DNA from: Acidobacteriota bacterium
Lineage (GTDB): Bacteria > Acidobacteriota > Vicinamibacteria > Vicinamibacterales > UBA8438
Assembly: GCA_011523845.1 (NCBI GenBank)
Contig: WTFV01000150.1
Location: forward strand, 32,521-96,520
Reading direction: 5' to 3'
DNA length: 64,000 bases
The first letter of the stretch is position 1. Each line of letters begins with the position of its first letter. Positions 32,126 to 41,981 of this stretch are shown here, piece by piece. A model generated the notes under the pieces. That model searched no databases, was not told where the DNA came from, and was given only the letters and a program-made list of their open reading frames with translations. The position numbers were made by a program, and so were the translations under genes.

Positions 32126-32512
32126 TCACGCCGCCTCGACGTCGGTGCGAGCGAAGTCGTCGCCCTTGAACAGCAGCGGTTCGCCGGTGGCCTTCGCCAA
32201 CGCATAGGCGAGACAGTCGCCGAAGTTCAACGCCGCCCGATGATTGCCCTTGCCGAATCGCCGCCAGGCGCGGCGGGCGACCTCGACGTGTTCCGGCGTG
32301 ACCGGCGCCAACTCGATCTCCGCCTTGTCCAGAAACATGTCGAGTTGACGTCCCGCCGCGGCTCCCGCCCTGCCCTCGACAACCATGGTTGCTTCGAGCA
32401 GGGCGACCGCCGACATGCGCCTGGGCCACGCCGCCGAGATTGCCTGTTCGTAGTGCGTCGCGTCCGATTCGCCGAACAGGATGGCCATGATCGCCGACGT
32501 GTCGATGATCAC
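32126..32512 (-). CDS. vapC: VapC PIN-domain toxin
   Basis: MIIDTSAIMAILFGE... (PIN Asp4) ...FGDCLAYALA. GTG start overlaps the vapB stop (GTGA). Confidence 0.9.
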   Translation of the reverse strand: MIIDTSAIMAILFGESDATHYEQAISAAWPRRMSAVALLEATMVVEGRAGAAAGRQLDMFLDKAEIELAPVTPEHVEVARRAWRRFGKGNHRAALNFGDCLAYALAKATGEPLLFKGDDFARTDVEAA

Positions 32513-32769
32513 TTCGGCAGTCCCCGTTCGTCATAGAGGAGGTCTCCGTGGTCGACGGCCGAAGGTCCGGGTCCCATCAGCTTGGCGCAGCGTTGTCCGA
32601 TGGCGTGGAGCTTCTCGGCCAGCTCGTCCGCGTTGCGCAGGCGCTTCTCCCGCTCCAGACGCTCGCGCAGCGCGACGGTGACTGCACCGGTCATCGTTTC
32701 GCCGGTCAGCCGAGCGAGCTCGCGGGCCAGCCGACAGGTCTCCTCGTTCTTGATGTTGAGGCTCATCAC
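32509..32769 (-). CDS. vapB: VapB antitoxin (PSK/Rv0623-like family)
   Basis: MMSLNIKNEETCRLARELARLTGETMTGAVTVALRERLERE... It sits immediately upstream of the PIN toxin, between brxC and the AlbA_2 gene. Confidence 0.9.
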   Translation of the reverse strand: MMSLNIKNEETCRLARELARLTGETMTGAVTVALRERLEREKRLRNADELAEKLHAIGQRCAKLMGPGPSAVDHGDLLYDERGLPK

Positions 32770-32808
32770 AAGGTCCTTTGGTGGAAGATCGTAGACTCGA
32801 CGCTCCGG

Positions 32809-35800
32809 CTACTCAAGCACGATCCGTACCTTCGCGGCGTCCAGCCCTTTCGCCTTCTCGTCGACGTAGTCGCCGAACCGCTTCTTCAACTCGCCGGGCG
32901 TTGCCGGCGCGCCGCCCGGGAAGAGCGCACCGCGCAGTTCTTCGGGGTTGACGACCACCTTCGAGAAACCGGACAGCACTTGCGCGACCGCGTCGACGAA
33001 GTCGTGGTGCAGCTCGTCGGGGAGCGTTCGGGACGCGATGAACGCCTGCACGGAAACCCGCTGCGCGGAGCCGAGCAACTCCAACTGTTCACGGGTGGTC
33101 GGGTCGGCGAGGTTGGCCAGCAGGATGTCGGTCCACGCCGCCAGTAATACGTCCAGTTCGCCGTCCAGGCCGTACAGCACGTTGCCCGCCGCTACGTCCA
33201 CGGGCTCGGCCGACGGCCGGAAGGCGCAGTGGGGACACTCGGCCGCGGCGTCCAGCTCCTGCGCGGTCAGCGCGGAGCAGCTCTTGAGGGCCGTCAGCCG
33301 GCTCAGTAGGTCGTCCAGTTGTTGCCTGGGCAGCAGGTCGATCGCGGCCAGGGCCTTGAGTTTCTGCAGCCGCCCGTCCGCGAGCAGCCGGCCCTTGCGC
33401 CGATCGTGGTCGACGCCGAGCCGCGCCCGCGTGTGCAGGGCGAGGTAGGCGTCGACGTACGCGCGCTTCAGGTCGCCGAGCTCCTGCTGCGCCTGTCGGC
33501 GAAAGCCGGCGGCCGACCGCTGCACCGGATCGAGAAACCGGGCGACGAGGTCGTCCCGGACCTGCTTCAGTCTCCCTACCCACGCGTGGTCCGCAGGAAG
33601 CGCCGCCTCCGCCGCGGGGAAATACGACGCGGCGTTCGTGAAGTCCCAGACCAGCGCGTGCAAGGCTTCGACCTCCTCGAGCGCGTCCAGCCCGGTTCGT
33701 TGCGCCTCCACTTCCCGGCCGCTGTACGGGAAGTTCTTCAGGGCGCCGGGCGAGGAGAAAGCCTGCAGCGGCTCGAGGAAAGCCCTGGCCGCGTCCAGCC
33801 TGCCGCGCAGGTCACCGGTTGCGTGCTCGTCGAGGAGGTTTCGGCCCCAGAACTGAAAACCCGCCTGCAGCGCCTGCCGGGCCATCACCAGCCTGCCCAC
33901 GCGGGCGTCCACCGCCTTCTGCAGCTCCCGGACCGGCTCGTCCTTGCCCTGCGCAACGAGTTGCGCCATGCCCGGCGTCAGCGCCAGCAGCTCGAAGAGG
34001 GCCGTCAGGGCCGGGACGTCCCAGTCCTTCGGGGACTCGATGTGCTTGAAGTTCACCAGGTCGGCGAGTGGCGCGGCGGCCAGCACCGACACGTCGGTCG
34101 CATCGAACTTCCTGCCGGGAATCGCGACGACCACGTGGCCGGAATAGACGAGGCTCGCCAGCACGACGACCATCCACTCGGGCTCCAGGCGATACGTGCT
34201 CGGCGCCATGTACTCGACGTCGTGAACTGAGTGAACGAGCTCGTCGCGGTTGAGGACCTGTCCCTGTCCCTTCCGCTCCAGCAGCTCGACTATGTGCTGC
34301 GCGTAGCGCGATCGGCTCGGATCGAGCTGGTCGCCGTCGAGCAGCTCCAGTGCGTCGAGCACCTTGCTCCCCTGCTGCGTCTTCCGGGGGCCGGCGATCC
34401 AGCGCAGCGCATCCTGCACCGCCTGCGGGCGACTGCGCGTGGTCCAGTAGACCGGAAACGCGGGGTACCCCGGCGCCTCGTCCTCGAAGTGCGCGGCCAG
34501 CGCCGCGGAGCCGACGGCGTTCACGACGTCCCGCACGTTGACCTGCGCATCCTCGGTCGCCGGCTTCCCCTTCACCCACCCGACGAGCGGCTTCGTCCGT
34601 CCCTGGTGCGTCACCTCGACGGCGGTGGTCATGTGCTCCTGGAGCCACTTCGTCAGGTCGCGCAGGAAAGCGTCCGCCTTCGCCTGGTAGACGTCCTTCG
34701 CGTGCCCCGACGCACGCGACGCCAGATCCAGCGCCGCCGCGCAGCCCTTCAACGCCTGGTGGAAGGCATCGTCCCGCCCCTTGAGCCGGAAGAACACCTC
34801 GTCCGCCTTCTTCTCGTCCCGGAAGCGCGGCGGCTCGTACGGCTGGATGAAGTAGAAATAGAAATCGCGCGGCGGCACGGCCGTCGACCGCTCGTTCGGC
34901 GCGCCGAAGAAGAGGTAGCCGAGCCGGGAGGCGCGGCGCTCGCGCCATTCGAGCTCGTGTTCCCAGATCCGGTAGCCGGTGACGTACGTCGCTTCCTTGC
35001 ACTCCAGGACACGGGTGAGCGCCTCGTAGTAGTAGCGGTCGAGCTGGGCGTCGTCGAGCGATTCGGCGCGCTTGTCGATGTGCGCGTCGTAGTCCTCCGC
35101 CTTATCGAGGTCGAGGTGGTACTGGCGGTTGTCCCGATTGAACGAGATGAACTGGCCGCTGACCGTTCGATGGATCTCCCGCAGCACGGTCTCGACCTGG
35201 GAGAGCAGGTCGTCGGCCGGCTCGCCGCCGAGGTCCTCGATGCCCGGCTGGTAGAGGCACAACGTGTCGCGGAGCTCTTCCGGCGTGGCGCCCAGCGGCG
35301 CGTGGATGTTGTTGTGCGTGAGCCGGTGCACCGACAGCGCGTCGACGATCCGCAGCGCCATCGGCATGTAGGCCGGCCGCGTGAACGCCTGCGCGATGCG
35401 GGACTCCAGGACCTGACTGCAGTCGATGACCGCCTTGATCTCCGGGACGGCGCGGAACGACGGATTCTCGCGCAGCGTGCGCCAGTACGAGTCGTAGGCG
35501 ATGAGGCCGGGACGGTCGGCGGGCGGCTCGTCGTGAACGATCCGGTTCATGGCGAGGGACAGCGTCTTGAGCACCTCGCGCTTCTCGATGACCGCGATCC
35601 GCTCGAAGGTGTCGATGAAGTCCGGATGCACCGGGAAGAGCCGGACGAACTCGTCCAGCCGCTCGTTCATGTTGCCGTAGAACCGGGTGAACGGCGCCAG
35701 GTACTCCCGGATCCGCGTCTGCTGCTCGCCCGTCTTCCTGAGCAGCCGCTCGGCCACGACGTGCTTGACGTCGGCCCGTGCGATGCGGATCTGCTCGAAG

Positions 35801-36516
35801 CGGTCCTTCACCCGCCGCAGGCTGTCGGCCACGTGGTGGAACCGCGGACTGTCGAAGATCGCCTCCTGCACGCCGGCGACGAAACGGAAGCGCAGATCCT
35901 TCGATACCTCGCCGACCTCGCGCAGGAAGTTCAGGTCGAGAACCAGTTCCTGGTCCCTGCGGCTCTTCAGGTAATCGAGCAGCTCGTCCACCACCAGCAG
36001 CAGCCCCTGGTCGGGGTGCCGCGCGTGGAACGCCGCCATCATGTCCTCGAAGGCGCGCTTGTGGTTCGGGATCGTGTGCCGGGGCGGGAACCGGTAGTCG
36101 ATGCCCCAGCCCGCCAGTGCCTCTTCGAGCTGCGAGCAGACGAACTCGCGGAAGTCCATCGTCGTCGCGCCGAGCTCGGTGCGGGCAACCCGGAACCGGC
36201 CGGCGATGCGCCGGGCGGCGCCGGCGACCCGCTGGTCGATCTCGGTGAGGAGATCCGCGCGCTCGGCCAGTGCGGAGATGACCGACATCAGGTGGGACTT
36301 GCCCGTCCCGTAGTTCCCGACGACCAGGAAGCCCTTGTTGTCGGCGGGCTCGTCGATCTGGATCTGCGGGATGACGACCTCTGCCAGCCGCTCCGCCATG
36401 TCCGCGCTCACGACGTAGGTGGACACGAGCTGCCGGGCCTCCGCCTCGCGATCGGCGTCCCGGAGCTGCACCACCGTTTCGATCGGCTCGAACCGGATCA
36501 GATCCCCGTATTTCAT
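32809..36516 (-). CDS. brxC: BREX P-loop ATPase BrxC/PglY-like (about 1235 aa)
   Basis: [22 protein letters not shown]... and Walker [15 protein letters not shown] near the N-terminus. Very large alpha-helical remainder. An alternative upstream ATG at 36564 would overlap brxF by 17 nt. Confidence 0.8.
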   Translation of the reverse strand: MKYGDLIRFEPIETVVQLRDADREAEARQLVSTYVVSADMAERLAEVVIPQIQIDEPADNKGFLVVGNYGTGKSHLMSVISALAERADLLTEIDQRVAGAARRIAGRFRVARTELGATTMDFREFVCSQLEEALAGWGIDYRFPPRHTIPNHKRAFEDMMAAFHARHPDQGLLLVVDELLDYLKSRRDQELVLDLNFLREVGEVSKDLRFRFVAGVQEAIFDSPRFHHVADSLRRVKDRFEQIRIARADVKHVVAERLLRKTGEQQTRIREYLAPFTRFYGNMNERLDEFVRLFPVHPDFIDTFERIAVIEKREVLKTLSLAMNRIVHDEPPADRPGLIAYDSYWRTLRENPSFRAVPEIKAVIDCSQVLESRIAQAFTRPAYMPMALRIVDALSVHRLTHNNIHAPLGATPEELRDTLCLYQPGIEDLGGEPADDLLSQVETVLREIHRTVSGQFISFNRDNRQYHLDLDKAEDYDAHIDKRAESLDDAQLDRYYYEALTRVLECKEATYVTGYRIWEHELEWRERRASRLGYLFFGAPNERSTAVPPRDFYFYFIQPYEPPRFRDEKKADEVFFRLKGRDDAFHQALKGCAAALDLASRASGHAKDVYQAKADAFLRDLTKWLQEHMTTAVEVTHQGRTKPLVGWVKGKPATEDAQVNVRDVVNAVGSAALAAHFEDEAPGYPAFPVYWTTRSRPQAVQDALRWIAGPRKTQQGSKVLDALELLDGDQLDPSRSRYAQHIVELLERKGQGQVLNRDELVHSVHDVEYMAPSTYRLEPEWMVVVLASLVYSGHVVVAIPGRKFDATDVSVLAAAPLADLVNFKHIESPKDWDVPALTALFELLALTPGMAQLVAQGKDEPVRELQKAVDARVGRLVMARQALQAGFQFWGRNLLDEHATGDLRGRLDAARAFLEPLQAFSSPGALKNFPYSGREVEAQRTGLDALEEVEALHALVWDFTNAASYFPAAEAALPADHAWVGRLKQVRDDLVARFLDPVQRSAAGFRRQAQQELGDLKRAYVDAYLALHTRARLGVDHDRRKGRLLADGRLQKLKALAAIDLLPRQQLDDLLSRLTALKSCSALTAQELDAAAECPHCAFRPSAEPVDVAAGNVLYGLDGELDVLLAAWTDILLANLADPTTREQLELLGSAQRVSVQAFIASRTLPDELHHDFVDAVAQVLSGFSKVVVNPEELRGALFPGGAPATPGELKKRFGDYVDEKAKGLDAAKVRIVLE

Positions 36517-36547
36517 TTCCGTTCCAGTGGTGTGCCGACGACCAACC

Positions 36548-37033
36548 TCATCGAGCCACGACATCCGGACGGACGATCATCAGGCCGCCGCGTGAATCGC
36601 GAGAGTACCGCTTGTGCTCCGGGTGATCCGGCGCGGCGTAGGTCAGATAGCCGTTCTCCAGCGTCCCGTTCCACGCCGCGACGATGGTGCGGTTCCGCGC
36701 TACGCCCTGCAGCAAACGAAGCGGATCCTGCTCGAACGAAACATCGAACAGGATCTCGATGTTGTCGAGCAGCACCAGCGGATCATCCCTGCCCACGACC
36801 TCGTCGAAGAGGTCAGGCATCCGAAGTACCCGCTCGCGTTCGGTCAGGTCGATCAGCCGGCGCGACAGCTCCACGTTGAGATTGACAATCCGCGCTCCCG
36901 TACTTGCCGCAACCTCCCGCAGCGCTTCGGTCTTGCCGGTCCCACTGGGAGCAGCAACGAGAATCAGCCGGTGATACAGCGCCTTTGCGCCATCGAGCTG
37001 GGCAAGCACCTTCTCCGACAGGGACTCCGGCAT
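36548..37033 (-). CDS. brxF: Small P-loop protein, BrxF-like (BREX type 3 marker)
   Basis: 161 aa. Walker [13 protein letters not shown] and Walker B-like [12 protein letters not shown]. Sits directly upstream of brxC, as in type 3 loci. Confidence 0.65.
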   Translation of the reverse strand: MPESLSEKVLAQLDGAKALYHRLILVAAPSGTGKTEALREVAASTGARIVNLNVELSRRLIDLTERERVLRMPDLFDEVVGRDDPLVLLDNIEILFDVSFEQDPLRLLQGVARNRTIVAAWNGTLENGYLTYAAPDHPEHKRYSRDSRGGLMIVRPDVVAR

Positions 37034-37067
37034 GTTTCTCTGCCGACCGCGGACTGCAGGAACCCCG

Positions 37068-37355
37068 TTACGCAGCGCCGAACCGTCGGACCTCGATGTC
37101 GTCAGCGCGCGCCTGCACCTGCCAGAGATCGTACGCCATCTGCATGCCGAGCCATGTCTCGGGCGAAGATCCGAACGCCTTCGACAGCCGGATCGCCATC
37201 TCGACGGAGATGCCGGCCTTCTCGTTGACCAGCTCGGACAACGCCTGGCGAGTCACGCCCAGGCCGGCCGCCGCCTCCGTCACCGACAGGCCGAGCGGAA
37301 CGAGACACTGGCGCCTGACGATGCCGCCCGGATGCGGGGGATTCTGCATGGCCAC
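37068..37355 (-). CDS. higA: HigA-family antidote / XRE HTH protein, solitary
   Basis: HPGGIVRRQCLVPLGLSVTEAAAGLGVTRQALSELVNEKAGISVEMAIRLSKAFGSSPETWLGMQMAYDLW is a typical HigA pattern. GTG at 37355 or ATG at 37349. No higB fits in the 29 nt before queD. Confidence 0.8.
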   Translation of the reverse strand: MAMQNPPHPGGIVRRQCLVPLGLSVTEAAAGLGVTRQALSELVNEKAGISVEMAIRLSKAFGSSPETWLGMQMAYDLWQVQARADDIEVRRFGAA

Positions 37356-37384
37356 AGTATTCGCGAATCACGTCGTCCGCCTGA

Positions 37385-37798
37385 TCATTCACCGGCGCCC
37401 GGTTGATAGGTGGCGAACGACGTCGGGGTCTCCCATACGGTGACCCGCACCACCGGGAACCCGTGCTCGCGGGTCTTGTCGAAGATCAGGCGGGCGATGT
37501 GCTCGACGGTGGGGTTCTCGTCGCTGACGAAGACCGGCTCGCCGAGCGCGCGCAGCGGTCCGATCAGCGGGTCGTCGCGGTGGAGGATCATCTTGTGGTC
37601 GAGCTCGCGGTCGATCCAGCCCTTGATGCTGCGCTTGATGTCGCTGAAGTCGCAGACCATGTGGCGGTCGTCTAGCGACTCGGTCCGCACCTCGACCTCG
37701 GCCACCGCGTTGTGCCCGTGGGGATGCTTGCAGACGCCGTCGTAATTGAGCAGGCGGTGGCCGTAGCAGAAGTCGATGCGCTTGGTGACCGAGTACAT
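37385..37798 (-). CDS. queD: 6-carboxy-5,6,7,8-tetrahydropterin synthase QueD
   Basis: MYSVTKRIDFCYGHRLLNYDGVCKHPHGHN...DFSDIK...VWETPTS. Start taken at the internal ATG. Confidence 0.9.
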   Translation of the reverse strand: MYSVTKRIDFCYGHRLLNYDGVCKHPHGHNAVAEVEVRTESLDDRHMVCDFSDIKRSIKGWIDRELDHKMILHRDDPLIGPLRALGEPVFVSDENPTVEHIARLIFDKTREHGFPVVRVTVWETPTSFATYQPGAGE

Positions 37799-37859
37799 TG
37801 CGGCGTCGAATCCTAGCACACGCCCGCGTCGCCCCCCCGACTGGTAGGATTCCCGATCC

Positions 37860-38597
37860 ATGAAGGCGTCCCGTACCGCCGTGCTCTGCTCGGCCGGCCT
37901 CGATAGCGCGGTGCTGCTGGCGAGCGAGCTGCAGGCCGCGACCGAGGCGGCGGGCGGCGCCGCGCAGGGAACGACGCGCGCCGACGTGTACGTGCAGCCG
38001 GTCTACGTGCGCAGCGGCCTGGCCTGGGAGGCGGACGAGCAACGGTTGGCCGCGCGGCTGATCGCGGCGCCGCCGTTCGCCGGACGCGTCGCGCCGCCGG
38101 CGGCGCTCGACTGCCCCGTGACCGACACCTACCGGCCCGGCCACTGGGCAGTGGTCGGCGAACCGCCGGGCTACGCCACGGCGGACGAGGAGGTCTACCT
38201 GGTGGGCCGCAACGTGCTGCTGCTGGCGAAGATCGCCGCCTGGTGCGCCGTCCGCCGCATCCCCCGCATCGCCCTGGGACTCCTCGCGGGCAACCCGTTC
38301 CCCGACGCCACGCCCGAGTTCTTCACGGCGATGGAGCGGGCGCTGTCGCTCGGCCTGGACCACGAGCTGCGGATAGTGACGCCGTTCCGGCAACTCTCCA
38401 AGGCCGCGGTGATCGCCCGGGGGCTCGAGCTCGGCGTCCCGTTCGAGTTGACGCTGTCCTGCATGAACCCGACGGAGGGACTGCACTGTGGCCGGTGCAG
38501 CAAGTGCCGCGAGCGCCTCCAGGCCTTCGAGGCGGCGGGCGGCGCCGACCCGGCGCCCTATGCGTTCCGGCCGGCCGACGTGACGACCGGCGTCTGA
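37860..38597 (+). CDS. queC: 7-cyano-7-deazaguanine synthase QueC
   Basis: AVLCSAGLDSAVLLA (PP-loop) and C-terminal Zn motif SCMNP...HCGRCSKCRER. Confidence 0.9.
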   Translation: MKASRTAVLCSAGLDSAVLLASELQAATEAAGGAAQGTTRADVYVQPVYVRSGLAWEADEQRLAARLIAAPPFAGRVAPPAALDCPVTDTYRPGHWAVVGEPPGYATADEEVYLVGRNVLLLAKIAAWCAVRRIPRIALGLLAGNPFPDATPEFFTAMERALSLGLDHELRIVTPFRQLSKAAVIARGLELGVPFELTLSCMNPTEGLHCGRCSKCRERLQAFEAAGGADPAPYAFRPADVTTGV

Positions 38598-38648
38598 GCG
38601 CTGCGCCGGCCCCCGGCGCCTCGACAACCAGTCGCGGAGCTCGCCTCC

Positions 38649-39545
38649 TTACGACGTCCCGACGCGGATCGATCCGTCGTCCGTCCGGACTCGAAGCACG
38701 AACCCGCCGCCGCCGATCACGCGCCGCAGCCTCTCCGCGCCACGACCCGCGTCCCCGCCAAAGCGATCGTCGACGCGGATGCGACCATCGTCGGTCGCCA
38801 GATCGAGCAGGGCGCTGAAGTCGCGCGGCAGGTCGACGCTCACCCGGCCGTCCCCGGAACGCAGGTCCCAGTCTCCGTTCATCACGCTTCCCGGCCCGGC
38901 GGCCACGACGATCCGGCCGTCGTCCGTCGAAGCCTCGAGGCCGGTCAGGTCGCCCGACACGCCGATCGAGCCGTCGTCGGTATGCACGGCGACGTCCCCG
39001 TGGATCTGCTCGAGCCGCACCGAGCCGTCGTCCGTCCGCGCCCGCAACGAGCCGCGCAGCCCCTGCCCCTGGACGCGGCCGTCGTCCGTCGACACCTCGA
39101 TGGTCCCGGCCAGGTCGGCGAGCGTGACCCGGCCGTCGTTCGTCCGCGCGATGACGTTGCTCTCGTACGGCACCGACGCGACGAGCTTCGCATCCCGCCA
39201 GTTGCGGCCCATCGACAGGGTGATGCGAACCCCCTCCGGGTCGCGCCGGCGCGCCGCGACGCGCACCCGATCGCCGTTCTGTTCGGTCTCGACCTCGATC
39301 TCCTCCAACCGCTCCCGGTTCGCCGCCCGCTTCTCGACGACGACGCGCACCTCGGAGCGACCCCAGCCCCGGACCTCGATCCGGCCGTCGAAGGTCGACA
39401 GGTCCACGTCCGGCACGCCGCTGACCGGGAAGACGTGCTCCTCCTGCTCCTGCGCCTCGTAGCCCTCGACGCCGATGACGCAACCGCCGAGCGCCAACGC
39501 GCCGGCGGCGACGCCGGCCAGGACCGTCCACGACCTCGCCCGCAT
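38649..39545 (-). CDS. DUF4097-family beta-strand repeat lipoprotein
   Basis: MRARSWTVLAGVAAGALALGGC (lipobox), then repeated TDDG[RS][IV] units (ARTNDGRV, STDDGRV, RTDDGSV, HTDDGSI, STDDGRI, ATDDGRI, RTDDGSI). Confidence 0.8.
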   Translation of the reverse strand: MRARSWTVLAGVAAGALALGGCVIGVEGYEAQEQEEHVFPVSGVPDVDLSTFDGRIEVRGWGRSEVRVVVEKRAANRERLEEIEVETEQNGDRVRVAARRRDPEGVRITLSMGRNWRDAKLVASVPYESNVIARTNDGRVTLADLAGTIEVSTDDGRVQGQGLRGSLRARTDDGSVRLEQIHGDVAVHTDDGSIGVSGDLTGLEASTDDGRIVVAAGPGSVMNGDWDLRSGDGRVSVDLPRDFSALLDLATDDGRIRVDDRFGGDAGRGAERLRRVIGGGGFVLRVRTDDGSIRVGTS

Positions 39546-39612
39546 CTCTCCCCTCCAGGTTCGATGTGTACTGCTGGAATAGACGTGGACGCGGCCGGTG
39601 CGGTTCCGCCCG

Positions 39613-40755
39613 CTACGGTTCCGCCCGCTGCGAGCCCGCGCCGCCCGTGCGGGCCGACCGCGCCTGCCGCTCGAGCGCCTCGGCGAGCGCGTCGCGCCGG
39701 TGGAGCAGCCCCTTGCGCTCGCGCCGGCCCCGCTCGGAGCCGACCGCGTACTCGCAGAACAGCGGGAACGCGATGGTCGAGTCGGCATAGACGACGACGG
39801 TGTCGGGCAGCACGCCGGGATTCACCTTGCCCCAGCTCACCGCCTCGGCCGGGGTGGCGCCCGACAGGCCGCCCCAGACCACCTGGTCGGTGGTGATCTG
39901 GATGAAGTAGTCGTTGCCGCCCTTCGGGATCCCGTACACCTCCCAGAGCGTCGGCTGGCCCTGCAGGTAGAAGTTCTTCGGCGAGCCGCCGCCCAGGATC
40001 ACGCAGCCGTTCTTCTCGGCGGCCAGGATGATGGCGCACACCTCGTTGACGTCGCGGCTCGGATCGAGGACGAGCCCGCTCCTCTCGATGAGGCGGTGAT
40101 AGGCGACGTTCATGCCGATGGAGCTGTCGCCGGGCGACGACGTGTAGAGGGGCACGCCCGCCGCCGCCGCCTTGGCAACCACCGAGTAGTCCTCGCACTC
40201 CGCCCGCCGGTCGAGCAGGTCGCGGCCGAGGCGGTAGTGGAGATCCGCGCTCGAGACGGAACCGTCGAGCCCGGAGCGGACGAGGAAGTCGCGGATGTAG
40301 GCGTCGGTCTCGAGCAGCACGGTGGCGGGGAACAGCACGTCGTAGATGCGGATGACGCCGTCCTCGTACAGCTCCACGTCGTCGAGGAACGGCGACCCGC
40401 GGTGCAGGGTGAAGTTCAGCGCGTAGTGCAGGTCGTGGTAGAGGTTCGCCCCGGTGCTGATCACGAAGTCGACCAGACCGCGATCGAGGAGCTCGATGAC
40501 GCAGCCGCCGAGCCCGGCCGGGGTCAGGGCGCCCGCCATGGTCAGGCCGATGGTGGTGTCGTGCGCCGGATCCAGCATCCGGTCGGTGAAGACGTGGCAC
40601 GCCTCCGAGAGGCGCCCCGCGTTGAACGCCTGGAACCCTTCGTCGATCAGCGTGCGGACGCCGGCGTCGCCGCGCGGGCGGTAGTAGCGGATCGGCTTGC
40701 CGCGGAGGTGGCGGGCGGCAGGGGAAGCGGTGGTTCCGGGGGCGCGGTGCGGCAC
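39613..40755 (-). CDS. Deoxyhypusine synthase-like protein
   Basis: FNAGRLSEA..., TIGLTMAGALTPAGLGG, DFVISTGANLYHDLH. Start uncertain: GTG at 40755 is preferred because the TTG at 40812 lies inside a repeat element. Confidence 0.8.
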   Translation of the reverse strand: MPHRAPGTTASPAARHLRGKPIRYYRPRGDAGVRTLIDEGFQAFNAGRLSEACHVFTDRMLDPAHDTTIGLTMAGALTPAGLGGCVIELLDRGLVDFVISTGANLYHDLHYALNFTLHRGSPFLDDVELYEDGVIRIYDVLFPATVLLETDAYIRDFLVRSGLDGSVSSADLHYRLGRDLLDRRAECEDYSVVAKAAAAGVPLYTSSPGDSSIGMNVAYHRLIERSGLVLDPSRDVNEVCAIILAAEKNGCVILGGGSPKNFYLQGQPTLWEVYGIPKGGNDYFIQITTDQVVWGGLSGATPAEAVSWGKVNPGVLPDTVVVYADSTIAFPLFCEYAVGSERGRRERKGLLHRRDALAEALERQARSARTGGAGSQRAEP

Positions 40756-40796
40756 GGAACAGAATCCTAGCCCGGAAAGCGTCGCCGGCGGCTCCA

Positions 40797-40856
40797 CTTG
40801 CCGCCCAACCAACCCTCCAGGACTCCGCGCCGTTCTATACGGCGCAGACTCCTGAC
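40797..40856. repeat. About 60-bp REP-like element, forward copy (contains imperfect hairpin AGGACTCCGCGCCG...CGGCGCAGACTCCT)
   Basis: cttgccgcccaaccaaccctccaggactccgcgccgttctatacggcgcagactcctgac. The inverted partner lies at 42531-42586. Confidence 0.8.
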
Positions 40857-40858
40857 TG

Positions 40859-41089
40859 CTAGTCCACCCAGTCGGGACGCCGGCCGCCGAGCGCGACCAC
40901 GATCAGCGCCGCGCCGGTCGCACCGGCCACGAGACCGATGCCGTCCGACACCCAGTTCTCCCACGGGGCATCGACAATCGCGAGCCAGATGGCCCCGCCG
41001 GCGCAGGCGAGGCCGGCGACGAGAGCCGCGCGCCGATTGAAGGCGAGCCTCAGCAGCGCCCCGCGCAGACGGCGAATCAGGAGCCGCAC
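40859..41089 (-). CDS. Hypothetical small membrane protein (76 aa)
   Basis: Two hydrophobic helices (AALVAGLACAGGAIWLAIV; GIGLVAGATGAALIVVAL). Confidence 0.45.
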   Translation of the reverse strand: MRLLIRRLRGALLRLAFNRRAALVAGLACAGGAIWLAIVDAPWENWVSDGIGLVAGATGAALIVVALGGRRPDWVD

Positions 41090-41195
41090 GACGTGAAGTG
41101 CGCCGTCGAACGGCGGGGGGTGACTGGCATCGGGTTTCGGAGCTCGAACTGCCGGCGGCAGCCGGCGGCGCGCCGCCGTCCGGGGTGCTGCGACG

Positions 41196-41972
41196 TCACA
41201 TGCCGGTCGCGTGGTAACCGCCGTCCACCATCAGCACCTCGCCGGTGACGCCGCGCCCGCCGGGTCCCAGCAGGAAGCGGGCGGCGGCGGCCACCTCGTC
41301 GGCATCGACGGTGCGGCCCAGCGGCGCGCTCTCGCGGTAGTGCTGCAGGATGCGGCTGAACTCGGGGATCCCGGACGCGGCCAGCGTCTTGATTGGTCCG
41401 GCGGAAATGGCGTTGACGCGGATGTTGCGGGACCCGAGGTCGCTCGCCAGGTAGCGGACGGTCGCCTCGAGCGCCGCCTTGGCGACGCCCATGACGTTGT
41501 AGTGCGGAAACACCCGCCCACTGCCCAGGTAGGTCAGCGTCAACAGGCTGCCGCCCCCCCGGCGCTCCATGAGCGGCGCCGCCCCGCGGGCGAGCGCGAC
41601 GAGCGAGTAGGCGCTGATGTCCAGCGACTGCGCGAAGTCGGCGCGACTCGTCCGGAGAAAGGGCTCCGAGATCGCTTCGCGCGAGGCGAACGCCACCGCG
41701 TGCACCAGGAAGTCGAGTCCGCCATGGGTCTCGTCGACCTGCCGGTAGAGGTCCGCGATGGCGGCGTCGTCCGTCACGTCGCACGCCACCAACTGCGGCG
41801 GCGTAGACAGGGTATCGGCCAGCTTGCGGGCGTTGGACTCGAACCGCTCCGTGGCGTAGCTGAGCGTCAGCCGCGCACCGGCTTCGTCCGCGGCCCGGGC
41901 AATCGCCCAGGCCAGAGAACGTTTGTTGGCGACGCCGACGATCAAGCCGTTCGTCCCGGCGAGCTCACCCAT
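41196..41972 (-). CDS. fabI: Enoyl-[acyl-carrier-protein] reductase FabI
   Basis: LIVGVANKRSLAWAIA..., SDR fold, Y..MGVAKAALE catalytic YxxxxxxK pattern, NAISAGPIKTLA. Confidence 0.92.
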   Translation of the reverse strand: MGELAGTNGLIVGVANKRSLAWAIARAADEAGARLTLSYATERFESNARKLADTLSTPPQLVACDVTDDAAIADLYRQVDETHGGLDFLVHAVAFASREAISEPFLRTSRADFAQSLDISAYSLVALARGAAPLMERRGGGSLLTLTYLGSGRVFPHYNVMGVAKAALEATVRYLASDLGSRNIRVNAISAGPIKTLAASGIPEFSRILQHYRESAPLGRTVDADEVAAAARFLLGPGGRGVTGEVLMVDGGYHATGM

Positions 41973-41981
41973 GCAGAGCCA

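Noticed and set aside
36517-36564. Upstream ATG for brxC overlapping brxF by 17 nt
   Set aside because: The extra 16 residues ([16 protein letters not shown]) look non-conserved, and the [13 protein letters not shown] start resembles the family N-terminus as I remember it. It is retained as an alternative only.
34231-36879. 882-aa plus-strand ORF
   Set aside because: It is antisense to brxC and brxF. It is Arg/Leu/Val-rich and motif-free, while the minus strand encodes a Walker A ATPase with normal composition.
37356-37384. HigB toxin remnant upstream of higA (the ...DVIREYCGH reading resembles HigB C-termini)
   Set aside because: Only 29 nt are available, and the reading frame belongs to an off-frame ORF overlapping queD. 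That is too short for any claim.
40756-40812. TTG start for the deoxyhypusine synthase-like gene
   Set aside because: The TTG and the first codons lie inside the repeat element at 40797-40856, which also spawns a spurious TTG ORF in its inverted copy (42585). The downstream GTG is preferred, with low certainty.
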